Assembly (NCBI GenBank): GCA_035529595.1
Contig: DATKWK010000017.1
Coordinates: 250,961-314,960, forward strand
DNA: 64,000 nt
Direction of reading: 5' to 3'
Origin: Candidatus Bathyarchaeia archaeon
GTDB lineage: Bacteria > Patescibacteriota > Microgenomatia > PFEM01 > JAFGMK01
The notes under the pieces are model-generated. The model was not told the DNA's origin. It saw nothing but the letters and a program-made list of their open reading frames with translations, and did not search any database. This document shows, piece by piece, positions 1-10,384 of this stretch. The translations under genes and the position numbers were made by a program. Positions within the stretch are counted from its first letter, which is position 1. Every line of letters starts with the position of its first letter.

Positions 1-183
1 ATTAAACCCGCTCCTCCCGGTACGGGACTAATCACCGGAGGAGCAATTAGAGCCGTAGCAGAGGCAGTAGGAATCAAAGACATGGTAAGTAAAATTTTGG
101 GAACTAAAAATAAGGCGAGTAATGTCTATGCAACAATTGAAGCGTTCAGAAAACTAAAACCGGTGGAGCATTCAAAAAGTTAA
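1..183 (+). CDS. rpsE: 30S ribosomal protein S5, 3' part (truncated by window edge)
   Basis: Frame 1 reads IKPAPPGTGLITGGAIRAVAEAVGIKDMVSKILG...NVYATIEA, the S5 C-terminal signature; stop at 181-183. Confidence 0.95.
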   Translation: MKPAPPGTGLITGGAIRAVAEAVGIKDMVSKILGTKNKASNVYATIEAFRKLKPVEHSKS

Positions 184-238
184 AGCCGACGGAGGTAAGA
201 GACGCTCAGAAATAAACTTTAGAAATTAAGGAGGCGGA

Positions 239-733
239 ATGGCAACTGTTTTAAATAGATTACCCAAGATAACAGCCAAATCAAAAAAAAGGCTCGGCCG
301 GGGTTATGGCTCAGGTAAAGGCGGGCATACGGTTGGAAGAGGAGCAAAGGGAGATAAGGCACGCGGCAAGACAGGACTGTTGTTCCAGGGAACAAAAGCA
401 AAAAAATCTTATGTCAGGCGTTTACCTCTAAGACGGGGTAAAGGTAGGTTTAAGCCGCTAAAGCCCCGGCCTCTAGTTTTAAATGTTAGGGTTTTAAACT
501 TGTTGCCGGAGGAAAGTTTGGTAACGGCAGAATTTCTTGTTAAGCAGGGAATTGTCCATCAACAAGAGATCATCGGTTCGGGAGTAAAAATCCTGGGCGG
601 TGGCGAAATAGGAATCCCCTTAACTGTGGCATTGCCTTGTTCTTTATCAGCCAGAAAAAAGATTGAAAAAGCCGGCGGTAAGGTAGTTGATTCAAAAGTC
701 GCTTCTGGGAAAAAAGAGGTAAGTAATGAATAA
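239..733 (+). CDS. rplO: 50S ribosomal protein L15
   Basis: [22 protein letters not shown] motif; lies before secY. Confidence 0.97.
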   Translation: MATVLNRLPKITAKSKKRLGRGYGSGKGGHTVGRGAKGDKARGKTGLLFQGTKAKKSYVRRLPLRRGKGRFKPLKPRPLVLNVRVLNLLPEESLVTAEFLVKQGIVHQQEIIGSGVKILGGGEIGIPLTVALPCSLSARKKIEKAGGKVVDSKVASGKKEVSNE

Positions 734-2012
734 AATATTGGCCGTCTTTAAAAGCGGATTGAAGATCCCTGAGATTAAAAAAAGAATTTTCTTTACCGCT
801 TTTATTTTTGTTATCTTTCGGTTGGCGGCCCATATCCCTGTTCCCGGCGTTGACCTTAAGGCCTTAAAGCAGCTTTTTTCTCAAAACCAGCTTTTAGGGC
901 TTTTGGATATTTTTTCCGGCGGGACGCTGGCCAATTTTTCTATTTTAGCCTTGGGTCTTAATCCCTATATTAACGCCTCGATAGTCTTTCAACTTTTAAC
1001 TATGGTGATTCCTTCTCTGGAGGAACTTTCGAAAGAGGGCGAATACGGCCGGGAAAAGATTAACCAATATACCCGGTTTGTCACTATTCCCTTAGCTGTT
1101 TTCCAATCGCTGGGCATGTATGCTCTTTTAAAGAATCAGCAAATTATTGGTCGCCTGCCGATCTTTAACTTGATCAGTTTTGTTGCTACTATGGTGACCG
1201 GAACAATCTTTTTGATGTGGTTAGGCGAACTTTTAACCGAGAGAGGGATAGGTAACGGTATTTCGATGCTGATTTTTGCCGGGATAGTTGGTCGGGTTCC
1301 CATTTCCTTCGGGCAAACCTTGACGATTTTTGAAAGTCAAAATTTATTCAGTCTCTTAGTGTTTCTGTTGATGGCCTTTGCCGTTATTTTTTTTATTGTC
1401 CTGGTCAACGAAACCAGTGTTAAAATTAAAATAGCCTACGCCCGGCGAATCCAAGGAAGACGGATGTATGGCGGTCAAGCGACTCATTTACCTCTTCGTC
1501 TTAATCAGGCCGGAGTGATTCCGATTATCTTTGCAATTTCTATCGTTCTTTTGCCCTCGATGGTCGGTAATTTTTTGCGGGGAGCGGCTAATCCGGTAAT
1601 TGCCCGGCTAGCCCAAACTGCCGTTGATCTCTTTCGGCCTAACGGGCTGGTTTATAATTTAGTTTATTTCTTATTGGTTGTCTGTTTTACTTATTTTTAC
1701 ACCGCTTTTGTCTTCGATCCTAAAAAGATTGCCGAGGAAATTAAAAAGTACGGCGGATTTATTCCGGGAATCCGACCCGGTTTACCGACGGCTGAGTATC
1801 TGAATCGAATTATTTCCCGGATTACTCTGCCCGGAGCGCTTTTCCTAGGCTTAATTGCCATCTTGCCTTCTTTTGCTCAGAGTCTTACCGGGGTAGGTAC
1901 TATGAGTATTGGCGGGACAGGGATTTTAATCGTTGTATCGGTAGTTTTGGAGACGACAAAGCAGCTTGAGTCAATGGTGGTAATGAGAAGTTATGATGGG
2001 TTTTTAAAATAG
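726..2012 (+). CDS. secY: Preprotein translocase SecY
   Basis: Multi-TM; [42 protein letters not shown] motifs. Confidence 0.98.
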   Translation: MNKILAVFKSGLKIPEIKKRIFFTAFIFVIFRLAAHIPVPGVDLKALKQLFSQNQLLGLLDIFSGGTLANFSILALGLNPYINASIVFQLLTMVIPSLEELSKEGEYGREKINQYTRFVTIPLAVFQSLGMYALLKNQQIIGRLPIFNLISFVATMVTGTIFLMWLGELLTERGIGNGISMLIFAGIVGRVPISFGQTLTIFESQNLFSLLVFLLMAFAVIFFIVLVNETSVKIKIAYARRIQGRRMYGGQATHLPLRLNQAGVIPIIFAISIVLLPSMVGNFLRGAANPVIARLAQTAVDLFRPNGLVYNLVYFLLVVCFTYFYTAFVFDPKKIAEEIKKYGGFIPGIRPGLPTAEYLNRIISRITLPGALFLGLIAILPSFAQSLTGVGTMSIGGTGILIVVSVVLETTKQLESMVVMRSYDGFLK

Positions 2013-2027
2013 TAGAGTATCTTAATC

Positions 2028-2690
2028 ATGATTCTAATTATTACTGGCCCACAGGCGTCTGGTAAGGGAATCCAGGCCGAATCACTCAAGGATAAATTCG
2101 GATTGATACACTTTTCTATGGGTGATGTTTTAAGAGAACTTGTCAAAACGGGCGGTGAGACCGGAAAGAAGATAGATGAATACATGAATCGCCGTGGAGC
2201 TTTGGTACCTGACGAGATAGCATCCGAAGTGATTAGCCGTTTCTTAACCAAGAAATATATTAAAAAAGGGATTATTTTTGACGGTTATCCTAGGACTAAG
2301 AAACAGCTCGAGATACTGGAAAAGTTAGTCCGGCAGAAGGGAGCATCAATAGATTTGGTTCTTTATCTATATGCCTCAGAAAAAGTTATTAACCAAAGAT
2401 TATCGGGACGATTGGTTTGCCCAAGATGCGGAAGGAACTACCATACGGTAAATATGCCTCCTAAGATTAAAAACGTTTGCGATGATTGTAAGATTAAGTT
2501 GGTAAGAAGAAAAGATGAAAACCCTGAGGCAATTAAAGAGAGATTGGCTATATACCGGCAAGAGACTGCTCCACTGCTTCAAATATATCGGAAAATGGGA
2601 ATATTGGAGGAGTTAGATGGTGACGAGCCTCCGAAAAACGTTTTTGCCGATATCTTGGTTAGACTTGAGAAAGCAGGCTTGACTAAATGA
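2028..2690 (+). CDS. adk: Adenylate kinase
   Basis: P-loop-like GPQASGKG, DGYPR, zinc lid CPRC...CDDC. Confidence 0.95.
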   Translation: MILIITGPQASGKGIQAESLKDKFGLIHFSMGDVLRELVKTGGETGKKIDEYMNRRGALVPDEIASEVISRFLTKKYIKKGIIFDGYPRTKKQLEILEKLVRQKGASIDLVLYLYASEKVINQRLSGRLVCPRCGRNYHTVNMPPKIKNVCDDCKIKLVRRKDENPEAIKERLAIYRQETAPLLQIYRKMGILEELDGDEPPKNVFADILVRLEKAGLTK

Positions 2691-3484
2691 AAATTCCCGT
2701 AAAGACGACAAAAGAAACAGCACTAATGATTGAGGGAGGCAAGAAATTAGCTCGTGTTGCCAGAAAGGTATTGAAACAGACTAAACCTGGTGTTAAATTA
2801 GACAGCCTCAATCAATCAGCCGAAAATTCCATTTACGGGGAAAAAGGGGAACCTTCTTTTAAGAAAGTGCCAAACTATCATTGGGCGACTTGTATCAACA
2901 TAAATGACGGTGTCGTGCATGGTATTCCCGGCGCTTATAAAATTCAAGAAGGCGATCTGGTAAGCCTTGACTTAGGGATGGTTTATCGCGGCTACCACAC
3001 TGATATGGCGCGTACAATCTGCGTCAGAAGTCAAAAATCACCCGTTCTCGACTTCGTCTCGACGAGGTCGGGAAAAAGCGGAATTCAAAAAGACCTTTTT
3101 TTAGAAGTAGGTAAAAAAGCTTTGAAGCAAGCTATTAAGGCAGCTAGGGCCGGAAACCGAGTGGGAGATATTTCCCAGTCGATTGAAAAAGTGGTTAAAG
3201 GCTCTGGTTTTTACCCGGTCGAAAACTTGACCGGGCACGGGATCGGCAAGAATCTGCATGAAGCACCGTCAATCCCTTGTTTTTTGGCTGACAGGGTGGC
3301 AGATACTCTTTCTCTGAAGACAGGAATGGCTCTGGCAATTGAAGTTATTTATACTCAAAGAAAGACTGATTTATACATTACCGAAGATGGTTGGACGGTA
3401 AGGACGAGGGATGGAAGTCTGGCGGCTTTGTTTGAAGACACCGTTTTAATTACTGATTTAGGATCAAAAGTAATTACCCGATAG
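2687..3484 (+). CDS. map: Methionine aminopeptidase type I
   Basis: VVHGIP, DLG...TDMART, GHGIGKNLHE, FEDTV; carries a short insertion (see findings). Confidence 0.95.
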   Translation: MKIPVKTTKETALMIEGGKKLARVARKVLKQTKPGVKLDSLNQSAENSIYGEKGEPSFKKVPNYHWATCININDGVVHGIPGAYKIQEGDLVSLDLGMVYRGYHTDMARTICVRSQKSPVLDFVSTRSGKSGIQKDLFLEVGKKALKQAIKAARAGNRVGDISQSIEKVVKGSGFYPVENLTGHGIGKNLHEAPSIPCFLADRVADTLSLKTGMALAIEVIYTQRKTDLYITEDGWTVRTRDGSLAALFEDTVLITDLGSKVITR

Positions 3485-3552
3485 GAGGATTATCGGATTA
3501 GGCTTGAATTAAGGCCGATAGTTTGGTAAAATCTGGACGTATAATCTTGATT

Positions 3553-3771
3553 ATGAGTAAGGAAAAAGGGATAGTTCTAGAAGGTGAAGTAATCGAAGCA
3601 CTGCCTAACGCGATGTTTAGAGTTAAAACTGAAGACAAAGGGATGGTTCTTTGTCATCTTTCGGGTAAAATGAGGCTTAATCACATTAAAGTTTTACCTG
3701 GAGACGGGGTCAAAATCGAAGTTTCGCCTTACGATTACTCGAGAGGAAGAATTACTTATAGACAAAAATAG
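3553..3771 (+). CDS. infA: Translation initiation factor IF-1
   Basis: [10 protein letters not shown]...HLSGKMR...GRITYR; ATG 3553 chosen, 7 nt after TATAAT. Confidence 0.96.
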   Translation: MSKEKGIVLEGEVIEALPNAMFRVKTEDKGMVLCHLSGKMRLNHIKVLPGDGVKIEVSPYDYSRGRITYRQK

Positions 3772-3781
3772 AGAGGTGGAA

Positions 3782-3895
3782 TTGAAGGTTCAAGCGTCAG
3801 TTAAAAAACGTTGTAAGAAATGCAAGATTGTCCGTCGTCGAGGCCGGGTTTTTGTTGTTTGCGAAAACCCTAGGCACAAACAGCGGCAAGGATGA
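3782..3895 (+). CDS. rpmJ: 50S ribosomal protein L36 (not in ORF track)
   Basis: TTG start; [37 protein letters not shown], 37 aa zinc-ribbon type. Confidence 0.97.
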   Translation: MKVQASVKKRCKKCKIVRRRGRVFVVCENPRHKQRQG

Positions 3896-3936
3896 AAAGA
3901 AATCTTAAAATCACGAATTTATAGTTGAAAATTATT

Positions 3937-4353
3937 ATGGTCAGGGTTTCAGGAGTAATTTTGCCGGAAAACAAAAAAGTTGCCGTTGGCTTAACGACAA
4001 TTTGCGGTATCGGTCGCCCCAGAGCAATTCAGTTCTTAAACCGAGCCGGAGTTGATTCTAATAAAAGAGTTCGGGAATTGACTAGCGAAGAAATTGTCCG
4101 GCTACAAAAAGTCATTGGAGAAATTCCGGTCGAAGGGGCATTAAGAAGAGTTGTTAGCCAGGATATCCAGAGGCTCAAAAATATTGGTTCATACCGCGGC
4201 CTGCGCCATGGCCAAGGTCTGCCGGTAAGAGGACAAAGAACCCGTTCCAATGCCAGAACCAGGAGAGGTAGAAGAATTACTATTGGGGCAATGAAAAAAG
4301 AGGCGCTGGGTAAATTGGATACAGCTAAGAAACAAAAGGAAGTCGCTAAATGA
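3937..4353 (+). CDS. rpsM: 30S ribosomal protein S13
   Basis: [24 protein letters not shown]. Confidence 0.97.
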   Translation: MVRVSGVILPENKKVAVGLTTICGIGRPRAIQFLNRAGVDSNKRVRELTSEEIVRLQKVIGEIPVEGALRRVVSQDIQRLKNIGSYRGLRHGQGLPVRGQRTRSNARTRRGRRITIGAMKKEALGKLDTAKKQKEVAK

Positions 4354-4754
4354 CAGAAGCAGCTAAAAAGAAGATTACCGGAAAAAATAAGACAAAACCA
4401 ACTCTATTAATAAGAAGAGGAAAGGTTTTCATTCAGGCGACCTTTAATAATACGGTGATTACCTTTACGGATTTCGGAGGTAATACAATCTGTTGGGGTT
4501 CAGCCGGGTCAGTGGGCTTTAAAGGGACGAGAAAACATACGCCCTTTGCTGCCACAACTGCTCTCGAAGCGGTGGCTAAAAAAGCGAAAAATTTGGGAGT
4601 TAGGGAACTTGAAGTTTACGTTAAGGGTCCGGGATCAGGAAGAGATGCGGCCTTGAGGGCCCTAAAAACGTCAGGTTTTAAAATGGATTTAATTGCCGAC
4701 ATTACTCCAATTCCACATAATGGACCGAGGGCAAGGAAAAGAAGGAGAGTTTAA
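4350..4754 (+). CDS. rpsK: 30S ribosomal protein S11
   Basis: [21 protein letters not shown]. Confidence 0.97.
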   Translation: MTEAAKKKITGKNKTKPTLLIRRGKVFIQATFNNTVITFTDFGGNTICWGSAGSVGFKGTRKHTPFAATTALEAVAKKAKNLGVRELEVYVKGPGSGRDAALRALKTSGFKMDLIADITPIPHNGPRARKRRRV

Positions 4755-4786
4755 AATTTAATTTAAGTTGGTCGGAACGGAGAAAA

Positions 4787-5410
4787 ATGGCCCGATATAC
4801 AGAACCTAAATGCAGACTATGTCGAAGAGAAGGAGCAAAGCTCTTTTTAAAAGGCTCTCGTTGTTATTCGACAAAGTGCCCGATTGAAAAGAAGGGCGCC
4901 GTTCCCCCAGGTCAACACGGATTAAAAGCGGCTAGAAGATTAAGTGATTATGGCCGGCAGTTAAGGGAAAAACAGAAGGCTAAGAAAATTTATGGCGTTT
5001 TAGAAAGACAGTTTAAAAATTATTTTGATCGGGCTTTAAAGGTAAAAAAACAAGTCGGTGAGGTTCTTTTACAACTATTGGAATCACGTCTTGATAATGT
5101 GGTTTATCGGCTGGGTTTAGCTCCGTCAAGATCAGTAGCGCGACAACTGGTTTCCCACGGTCATATTCTGGTAGACAACAAAAAAGTCAATATCTCTTCT
5201 TATCAGGTTAAACCCGGTCAGTTAACTTCTGTAGTTTCCCGAAGCCTTAAAATCGACCAGATCGAAAGTTCTCTTAAAGATGATGAGCGTAAGGTGCCGA
5301 AGTGGTTGTCAAGAAAAGCAGCGGTTGGGAAGATGATTCGTTTGCCGAAGAGAGAGGAAGTTGAGACGGATATTAATGAAGATTTAATTATTGAATTTTA
5401 TTCACGATAA
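4787..5410 (+). CDS. rpsD: 30S ribosomal protein S4
   Basis: MARY..KCRLCRREG, LESRLDNVVYR, ARQLVSHGH, IEFYSR. Confidence 0.97.
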   Translation: MARYTEPKCRLCRREGAKLFLKGSRCYSTKCPIEKKGAVPPGQHGLKAARRLSDYGRQLREKQKAKKIYGVLERQFKNYFDRALKVKKQVGEVLLQLLESRLDNVVYRLGLAPSRSVARQLVSHGHILVDNKKVNISSYQVKPGQLTSVVSRSLKIDQIESSLKDDERKVPKWLSRKAAVGKMIRLPKREEVETDINEDLIIEFYSR

Positions 5411-5434
5411 AAATATTATAAAAGGAGGCTAGTA

Positions 5435-6352
5435 ATGTTAGAGCCTATTTTTACGATTAAGGCAGAAAAAGAAGTTGAAGGTTTCGCCAAATTTTCTATA
5501 GAACCCCTCGAACAAGGTTATGGACATACTCTTGGTAACGCCATTCGGCGGGTGCTTTTATCAAGTATCCCCGGTGCTGCCGTCACTCAAGTTAAAATTA
5601 AAGGGGTGAAACATCGTTTTTCCACTTTAGAAGGCCTGCGGGAGGATATTATCGAGTTAATCTTGAATATTAAGAACATTAGATTGGTTTACGAGGGAAA
5701 AAAACCGGAAAAGATTACTCTGGAAAAAACCGGGCCGGGTGAGATAAGAGCAAGTGATATTACGACACCGGCGACAGTAAAAATTGTCAACCCGGAACTG
5801 GTGATAGGTTATCTTGCTTCAGCTCAAAATACCATTAAGGCCGAGCTGACAGTCGAACGTGGTTTCGGTTATTTACCCGCTGAAGGACGGGCGAGTAATG
5901 TCTTGGGTTTGATTCCGATTGACGCTGTCTTTTCACCGGTTTTAAGTGTTAATTATAAAGTGGAAAGCACCCGGGTGGGTCGTCGGACCGACTTAGACCA
6001 GTTAATTCTGGAGATTACAACTGATAAGACTGTCTCTCCCTCGGAAACTTTAAAAATGGCGGCCAAAATTTTGATAGACTTTTTTAAACAAGTAGTTAAT
6101 CCTAAAAAACCGCCGAAAGAAGAAAGAGAAGAAAAACCAGTCTTTTCAGAGCTATTAAACCTGACTGTTGAAGAACTTAATCTGCCGACGCGGATTGCCA
6201 ATGCCTTAAGAAGGGGTGGGTTTGGTACCTTGAGTGATTTGATTCAGGCACCTCTCGAGAACCTTCTTAAAGTCAAAAATTTGGGAGAAAAATCGATCAA
6301 GATTATTAGTGCTGCCTTGGATGAAAAAGGATTTTCTCTTAAGAAAGGATAG
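5435..6352 (+). CDS. rpoA: RNA polymerase alpha subunit
   Basis: EPLEQGYGHTLGNAIRRVLLSS, DAVFSPV, alpha-CTD KNLGEKS. Confidence 0.97.
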   Translation: MLEPIFTIKAEKEVEGFAKFSIEPLEQGYGHTLGNAIRRVLLSSIPGAAVTQVKIKGVKHRFSTLEGLREDIIELILNIKNIRLVYEGKKPEKITLEKTGPGEIRASDITTPATVKIVNPELVIGYLASAQNTIKAELTVERGFGYLPAEGRASNVLGLIPIDAVFSPVLSVNYKVESTRVGRRTDLDQLILEITTDKTVSPSETLKMAAKILIDFFKQVVNPKKPPKEEREEKPVFSELLNLTVEELNLPTRIANALRRGGFGTLSDLIQAPLENLLKVKNLGEKSIKIISAALDEKGFSLKKG

Positions 6353-6357
6353 GGAAG

Positions 6358-6819
6358 ATGCGGCATCATTACCAGAAAAAAAAGCTGAATCGGAATACCG
6401 GCCAACGACAAGCGTTGTTTAAGAATCTGATTAAGTCTCTTATTGTGCATGAAGAGATAAAAACAACTGAAAGTAAAGCCAAGGTAGTGAGGAGAATTTT
6501 TGAAAAGTTGGTCACGAAAGGAAAGGAAAGAACTATTCATGCACGTCGCCTGATCCACGCGTTTCTGCAGAATAAAAAGGCAGTTGGCAAACTGGTTGAT
6601 AAACTTGCGCCCCTGTTCAAGGGAAGAAAGGGCGGTTTTACGCGAATTGTCAGAGTTGGAGAGAGAAAAGGCGATCGGGCGATGATGGTAAAATTGGAAT
6701 TGATTGCCCGAACCCAAGAAAATACCAAAGAAAAAGAAAAGAAGAAAAAAGGAAAACCGGATAAAAAAACAGCAATTAAGAAGAATAAAGTCAATAAGGG
6801 AGAAAAACCGGAGAAATGA
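6358..6819 (+). CDS. rplQ: 50S ribosomal protein L17 with Lys-rich tail
   Basis: MRH..., IKTTESKAK, GGFTRI, RKGD. Confidence 0.96.
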   Translation: MRHHYQKKKLNRNTGQRQALFKNLIKSLIVHEEIKTTESKAKVVRRIFEKLVTKGKERTIHARRLIHAFLQNKKAVGKLVDKLAPLFKGRKGGFTRIVRVGERKGDRAMMVKLELIARTQENTKEKEKKKKGKPDKKTAIKKNKVNKGEKPEK

Positions 6820-7235
6820 AAAAAACTCATTCAAAAAAAACTTTAGAAATTGTTAGACAGTGGCATTTATTTGATTTAAATGATCAAATTCTTGGCCGCG
6901 TAGCGACTGAAATCGCTTTACTGTTAATGGGGAAGAAAAAAGTTAACTTTTCTTCACACTTGGACGGTGGAGATTATGTCGTGGCAGTTAACTGCGAAAA
7001 AGTTAAAGTTACCGGTAAAAAGTCCGGGCAGAAGAAATATTATCGCCATTCCGGCTATCCGGGCGGTTTCAGAGAGACTACTTTTCGAAAACAGATGGAA
7101 AAACATCCGATGGAAATAATTCGTCATGCCGTATCCGGGATGTTGCCTAAGAATCGGTTGAAAGAGAAGAGATTGTTCAGACTGAAGCTATTTGTCGGCG
7201 ATAATCATCCGTATCAAGACAAGTTGAAAAATTAA
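6816..7235 (+). CDS. rplM: 50S ribosomal protein L13
   Basis: LGRVAT, DGGDYV, YYRHSGYPGG, GMLPKN. Confidence 0.97.
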   Translation: MKKTHSKKTLEIVRQWHLFDLNDQILGRVATEIALLLMGKKKVNFSSHLDGGDYVVAVNCEKVKVTGKKSGQKKYYRHSGYPGGFRETTFRKQMEKHPMEIIRHAVSGMLPKNRLKEKRLFRLKLFVGDNHPYQDKLKN

Positions 7236-7243
7236 AATTGACT

Positions 7244-7690
7244 ATGGAAGAGCAAAAAAAAAGAGCAAAACGATCAGCTAAGAAAAAGTCTGTTAAAAAA
7301 AGTTTCATCTATGCTGTCGGGAGAAGAAAGACTGCTTCGGCCAGAGTCCGTTTATACCTAGGTAAAGGTGAGATGCTAGTTAATGGCAAGCTGATTTCGC
7401 AGTACTTCCCGGGGAAAACAAATGAAGTTTTTTACACGAAGCCGTTGCGTATTTGTAATGTTTTAGGGAAATACTATGCCACAGTTAAGGTTGTCGGATC
7501 GGGTAAAAATGCCCAACTGGAAGCGGTAGTCCACGGTTTAGCTCGGGCTCTTGATAAGCTGGATAAGGAGCAATTTCATTCCTTTTTGAAAAAACACAAA
7601 CTTCTAACCCGTGATTCTCGGATGAGAGAGCGCCGAAAGGCCGGTCAGGCCGGTAGAGCTCGTCACAAGAAACAATCCCCGAAGAGATAG
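7244..7690 (+). CDS. rpsI: 30S ribosomal protein S9
   Basis: GRRKTASARV, LTRDSRMRERRK, QSPKR. Confidence 0.97.
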   Translation: MEEQKKRAKRSAKKKSVKKSFIYAVGRRKTASARVRLYLGKGEMLVNGKLISQYFPGKTNEVFYTKPLRICNVLGKYYATVKVVGSGKNAQLEAVVHGLARALDKLDKEQFHSFLKKHKLLTRDSRMRERRKAGQAGRARHKKQSPKR

Positions 7691-7757
7691 AAAACTGCGA
7701 TTATTTGTAATATTTTGATCTACTTTTCAGGTGGATAGACTAGGATACTTGATTGTA

Positions 7758-8570
7758 TCAGTTAAAATGAAGTCTAGAAATAGATGTGAATACCAAATAA
7801 GAATCTTTATTTCCACAAGCCCCCGTTGATTCCTCAGTAAAATTTAAAATAAATGGCTTTCCGAAATCGTAATAAAAATATATTGAACCTATATATGCGC
7901 CCGGTTCTTCAACTCCTTCTTTTAATGTAACTTCAAGAGAGGGTGGCCATTGCCAATTATCTTCATAAAACTCTTCTATACAACCATCAAACGGAATAAC
8001 ATCTAAAGCAGTATTGTAATCGCCAGGAATTTTATGTCCGCCAATCTCTGTCTTCATATTTTTTTGCCACCAGTCTACCAGGTTATTTTTATCAGTAGTA
8101 TTTGCGTCATAAATTGTATAAACATTTGGAAAATCTTCAGTGCTACTATCGCTTCGATGAGTTGTGTTTATGATGATAATTTGAGAATCTCTTTCTTCCA
8201 ATCTAAACGAAGAGGAAAGTTCTCCTTTAAAATATCGATCCTGCGGGTAATTAAATTTAAAGTTATATTTTTCATTTTTATATACTCGTTGATTTGATGT
8301 TGTGAGTGACAAGGTAGGTTTTGTAATCAAGGTAGGCTGTTCTTGTTGGGGCGATGAAATTTGAGTTATTAGGTTTGTTGTAGAAGTAGTTGTATTTACC
8401 CTGTTGTCTTGAAGATAACCATAGCCGAGAGCTCCAACAGCCATAAAAAATATTGCCCCAAAAACATAAAGGAACACTTTAACAAATTTATTATTTTGTG
8501 TTTGAATGATAGGTCGATCAGGTATTATTGATGGCTGATTCGTATTTACTGAAGGGGCGTTTGTCTTCAT
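7758..8570 (-). CDS. Single-pass membrane-anchored hypothetical protein
   Basis: 270 aa; one N-terminal TM, Thr/Pro/Gln linker, then a YKNEKYNFKFNYP beta-domain start. Confidence 0.75.
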   Translation of the reverse strand: MKTNAPSVNTNQPSIIPDRPIIQTQNNKFVKVFLYVFGAIFFMAVGALGYGYLQDNRVNTTTSTTNLITQISSPQQEQPTLITKPTLSLTTSNQRVYKNEKYNFKFNYPQDRYFKGELSSSFRLEERDSQIIIINTTHRSDSSTEDFPNVYTIYDANTTDKNNLVDWWQKNMKTEIGGHKIPGDYNTALDVIPFDGCIEEFYEDNWQWPPSLEVTLKEGVEEPGAYIGSIYFYYDFGKPFILNFTEESTGACGNKDSYLVFTSISRLHFN

Positions 8571-8763
8571 TTATTCTCTCTAGAATTAAAATCGACCCTC
8601 TATTTATTATTTAATATTTTCTCTATTTTTTTTGTATCCCGCTTGAATATTGAAAAGCTCTTTTGGGTCAATAGTGAAGGCGGTTACTTTTGTACCCAAT
8701 TGGTAGGTTGAAAAAGCCAAGAGTGAGCTGTCAATTTGCTTCATAGAGTAAAATAGGCTAGCG

Positions 8764-10338
8764 ATGATTATGAATTTGAATGACTTGATTCTAACCATAA
8801 TCCGGGAAAAAGTAAATTCCCGTCATCAATTAGAAAAGTTAATGAGGCAGTATGCTAAAGAGAAGGTAACTCCCATCCCAAAAAAATATCAGCTTTTACG
8901 GCAGTATCAAATGCTTTTAAAAAAAGGACGGCTAACTAAGCAGCCGTGGCTTGAGGAGCTACTTCTGGCTAAGCCGGTCCGAACTCTCTCCGGGGTGACG
9001 CCTTTGACAGTTCTGCTTAAACCTTATCCCTGTCCGGGAGAGTGCATTTATTGTCCTGACCAAGCCGGGATTCCTAAGAGCTATTTGGCCGATGAGCCGG
9101 CGGTTTTACGGGCAAAGAAACTCGATTTTAATCCGTTTGAACAGGTTAAATACCGGTTATGGGTTTTTAAGCTGATGGGCCATCAGGTATCCAAAATTGA
9201 GCTTATTATTCTGGGAGGGACATTTTCTTCATATCCGAAACAGTACCGTGTTGCTTTCATAAAAAAATGCTTTGATGCTTGCAATCAACAGAAATCAGTA
9301 AATTTATCGGCGGCTCAAAAAGCCAACCAGTCAGCCAGAAGAAAAATCATTGGCATTACCGTTGAAACCAGACCTGATTTGGTTAATGAACAGGAAATTA
9401 AATTCTGGCGCCAGTTAGGAGTGACGCGGGTTGAGCTGGGGGTTCAATCTCTGTACCCTGTCATCCTTAAAACCATCAGGCGCGGACATGCTCTGTCGGC
9501 AATCGTAAAAGCAACTAAATTATTAAAAGATAACGGCTTTAAGGTATGTTATCATCTTATGCCCGGGCTGCCGGGCTCAGATTTTACCAAAGACCTAGCT
9601 ATGTTTAAAAAGACTTTTAGCAATTCACATTTCCGGCCGGATTTTGTTAAAATTTATCCTTGTGTTGTCTTAAAAGAGAGTCCGTTATATCAGGATTGGT
9701 TGGCCGGAAAATTCAGGCCGCTTGAGGACAGGCAGCTAGTCAAGCTATTGGTAAGTATCAAAAAAAATATCCCGGAATATGTCCGGATTAACCGCTTAGG
9801 TCGTGATATTCCGATTGCCAATATCGTTGCCGGCTACCGGTATTCCCATATTCGGGAAATGGTGCAGGAAGAACTGCAAAAACAAAAATCCTCCTGTCAA
9901 TGTATCCGCTGTCGAGAGATAAGAGAAGGCAAATTTAAAGATAATAATTTAAAATTAAAAATTTCTCGGTATCCAGCTTCAGGTGGTAGGGAATTTTTTT
10001 TGCAGATTATAGATTCTGATAACCGGCTCCATGCTCTGCTGCGATTAAGGTTTCCGGGAAAAAACCGGCAGGATGTTTTTCCGGTTCTAAAGGGCGCCGC
10101 TTTGGTTCGGGAACTTCATACTTTCGGCCAATCGCTGGCTTTAACAGAAAGAAAAAAGCCGGCCAGTCAGCACCGGGGATTAGGTAAAAAGCTTCTTGAG
10201 GAAGCAGAGAAAATCTCCCGCCAAAACGGTTTCCTAAAGGTTGCGGTGATCGCCGGTGTTGGTGTCAGAGATTATTACCGCCGGCTGGGTTATCAGCTCC
10301 GCCAAACTTATGTGATTAAGAGATTATTATCTGATTAA
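8764..10338 (+). CDS. elp3: Elp3-family tRNA uridine(34) acetyltransferase (radical SAM + GNAT)
   Basis: RTLSGV, CPGECIYCP, PKSY, GGTF, ETRPD, ELGVQS, CIRCRE, VRELH, QHRGLGK, GVGVRDYYR. Confidence 0.93.
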   Translation: MIMNLNDLILTIIREKVNSRHQLEKLMRQYAKEKVTPIPKKYQLLRQYQMLLKKGRLTKQPWLEELLLAKPVRTLSGVTPLTVLLKPYPCPGECIYCPDQAGIPKSYLADEPAVLRAKKLDFNPFEQVKYRLWVFKLMGHQVSKIELIILGGTFSSYPKQYRVAFIKKCFDACNQQKSVNLSAAQKANQSARRKIIGITVETRPDLVNEQEIKFWRQLGVTRVELGVQSLYPVILKTIRRGHALSAIVKATKLLKDNGFKVCYHLMPGLPGSDFTKDLAMFKKTFSNSHFRPDFVKIYPCVVLKESPLYQDWLAGKFRPLEDRQLVKLLVSIKKNIPEYVRINRLGRDIPIANIVAGYRYSHIREMVQEELQKQKSSCQCIRCREIREGKFKDNNLKLKISRYPASGGREFFLQIIDSDNRLHALLRLRFPGKNRQDVFPVLKGAALVRELHTFGQSLALTERKKPASQHRGLGKKLLEEAEKISRQNGFLKVAVIAGVGVRDYYRRLGYQLRQTYVIKRLLSD

Positions 10339-10384
10339 TTCTTGTTGTTTATCCAAAACACGGCTATACTGTAGTTGTTCTATT

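Noticed and set aside
6244-6834. Antisense ORFs over rplQ, and similar shadow ORFs throughout the track
   Set aside because: They lie opposite well-supported genes and reflect the complement of Lys-rich codons
239-7690. Alternative genetic code (UGA = Gly)
   Set aside because: Conserved genes such as rpmJ and rpsM end at TGA at the expected length
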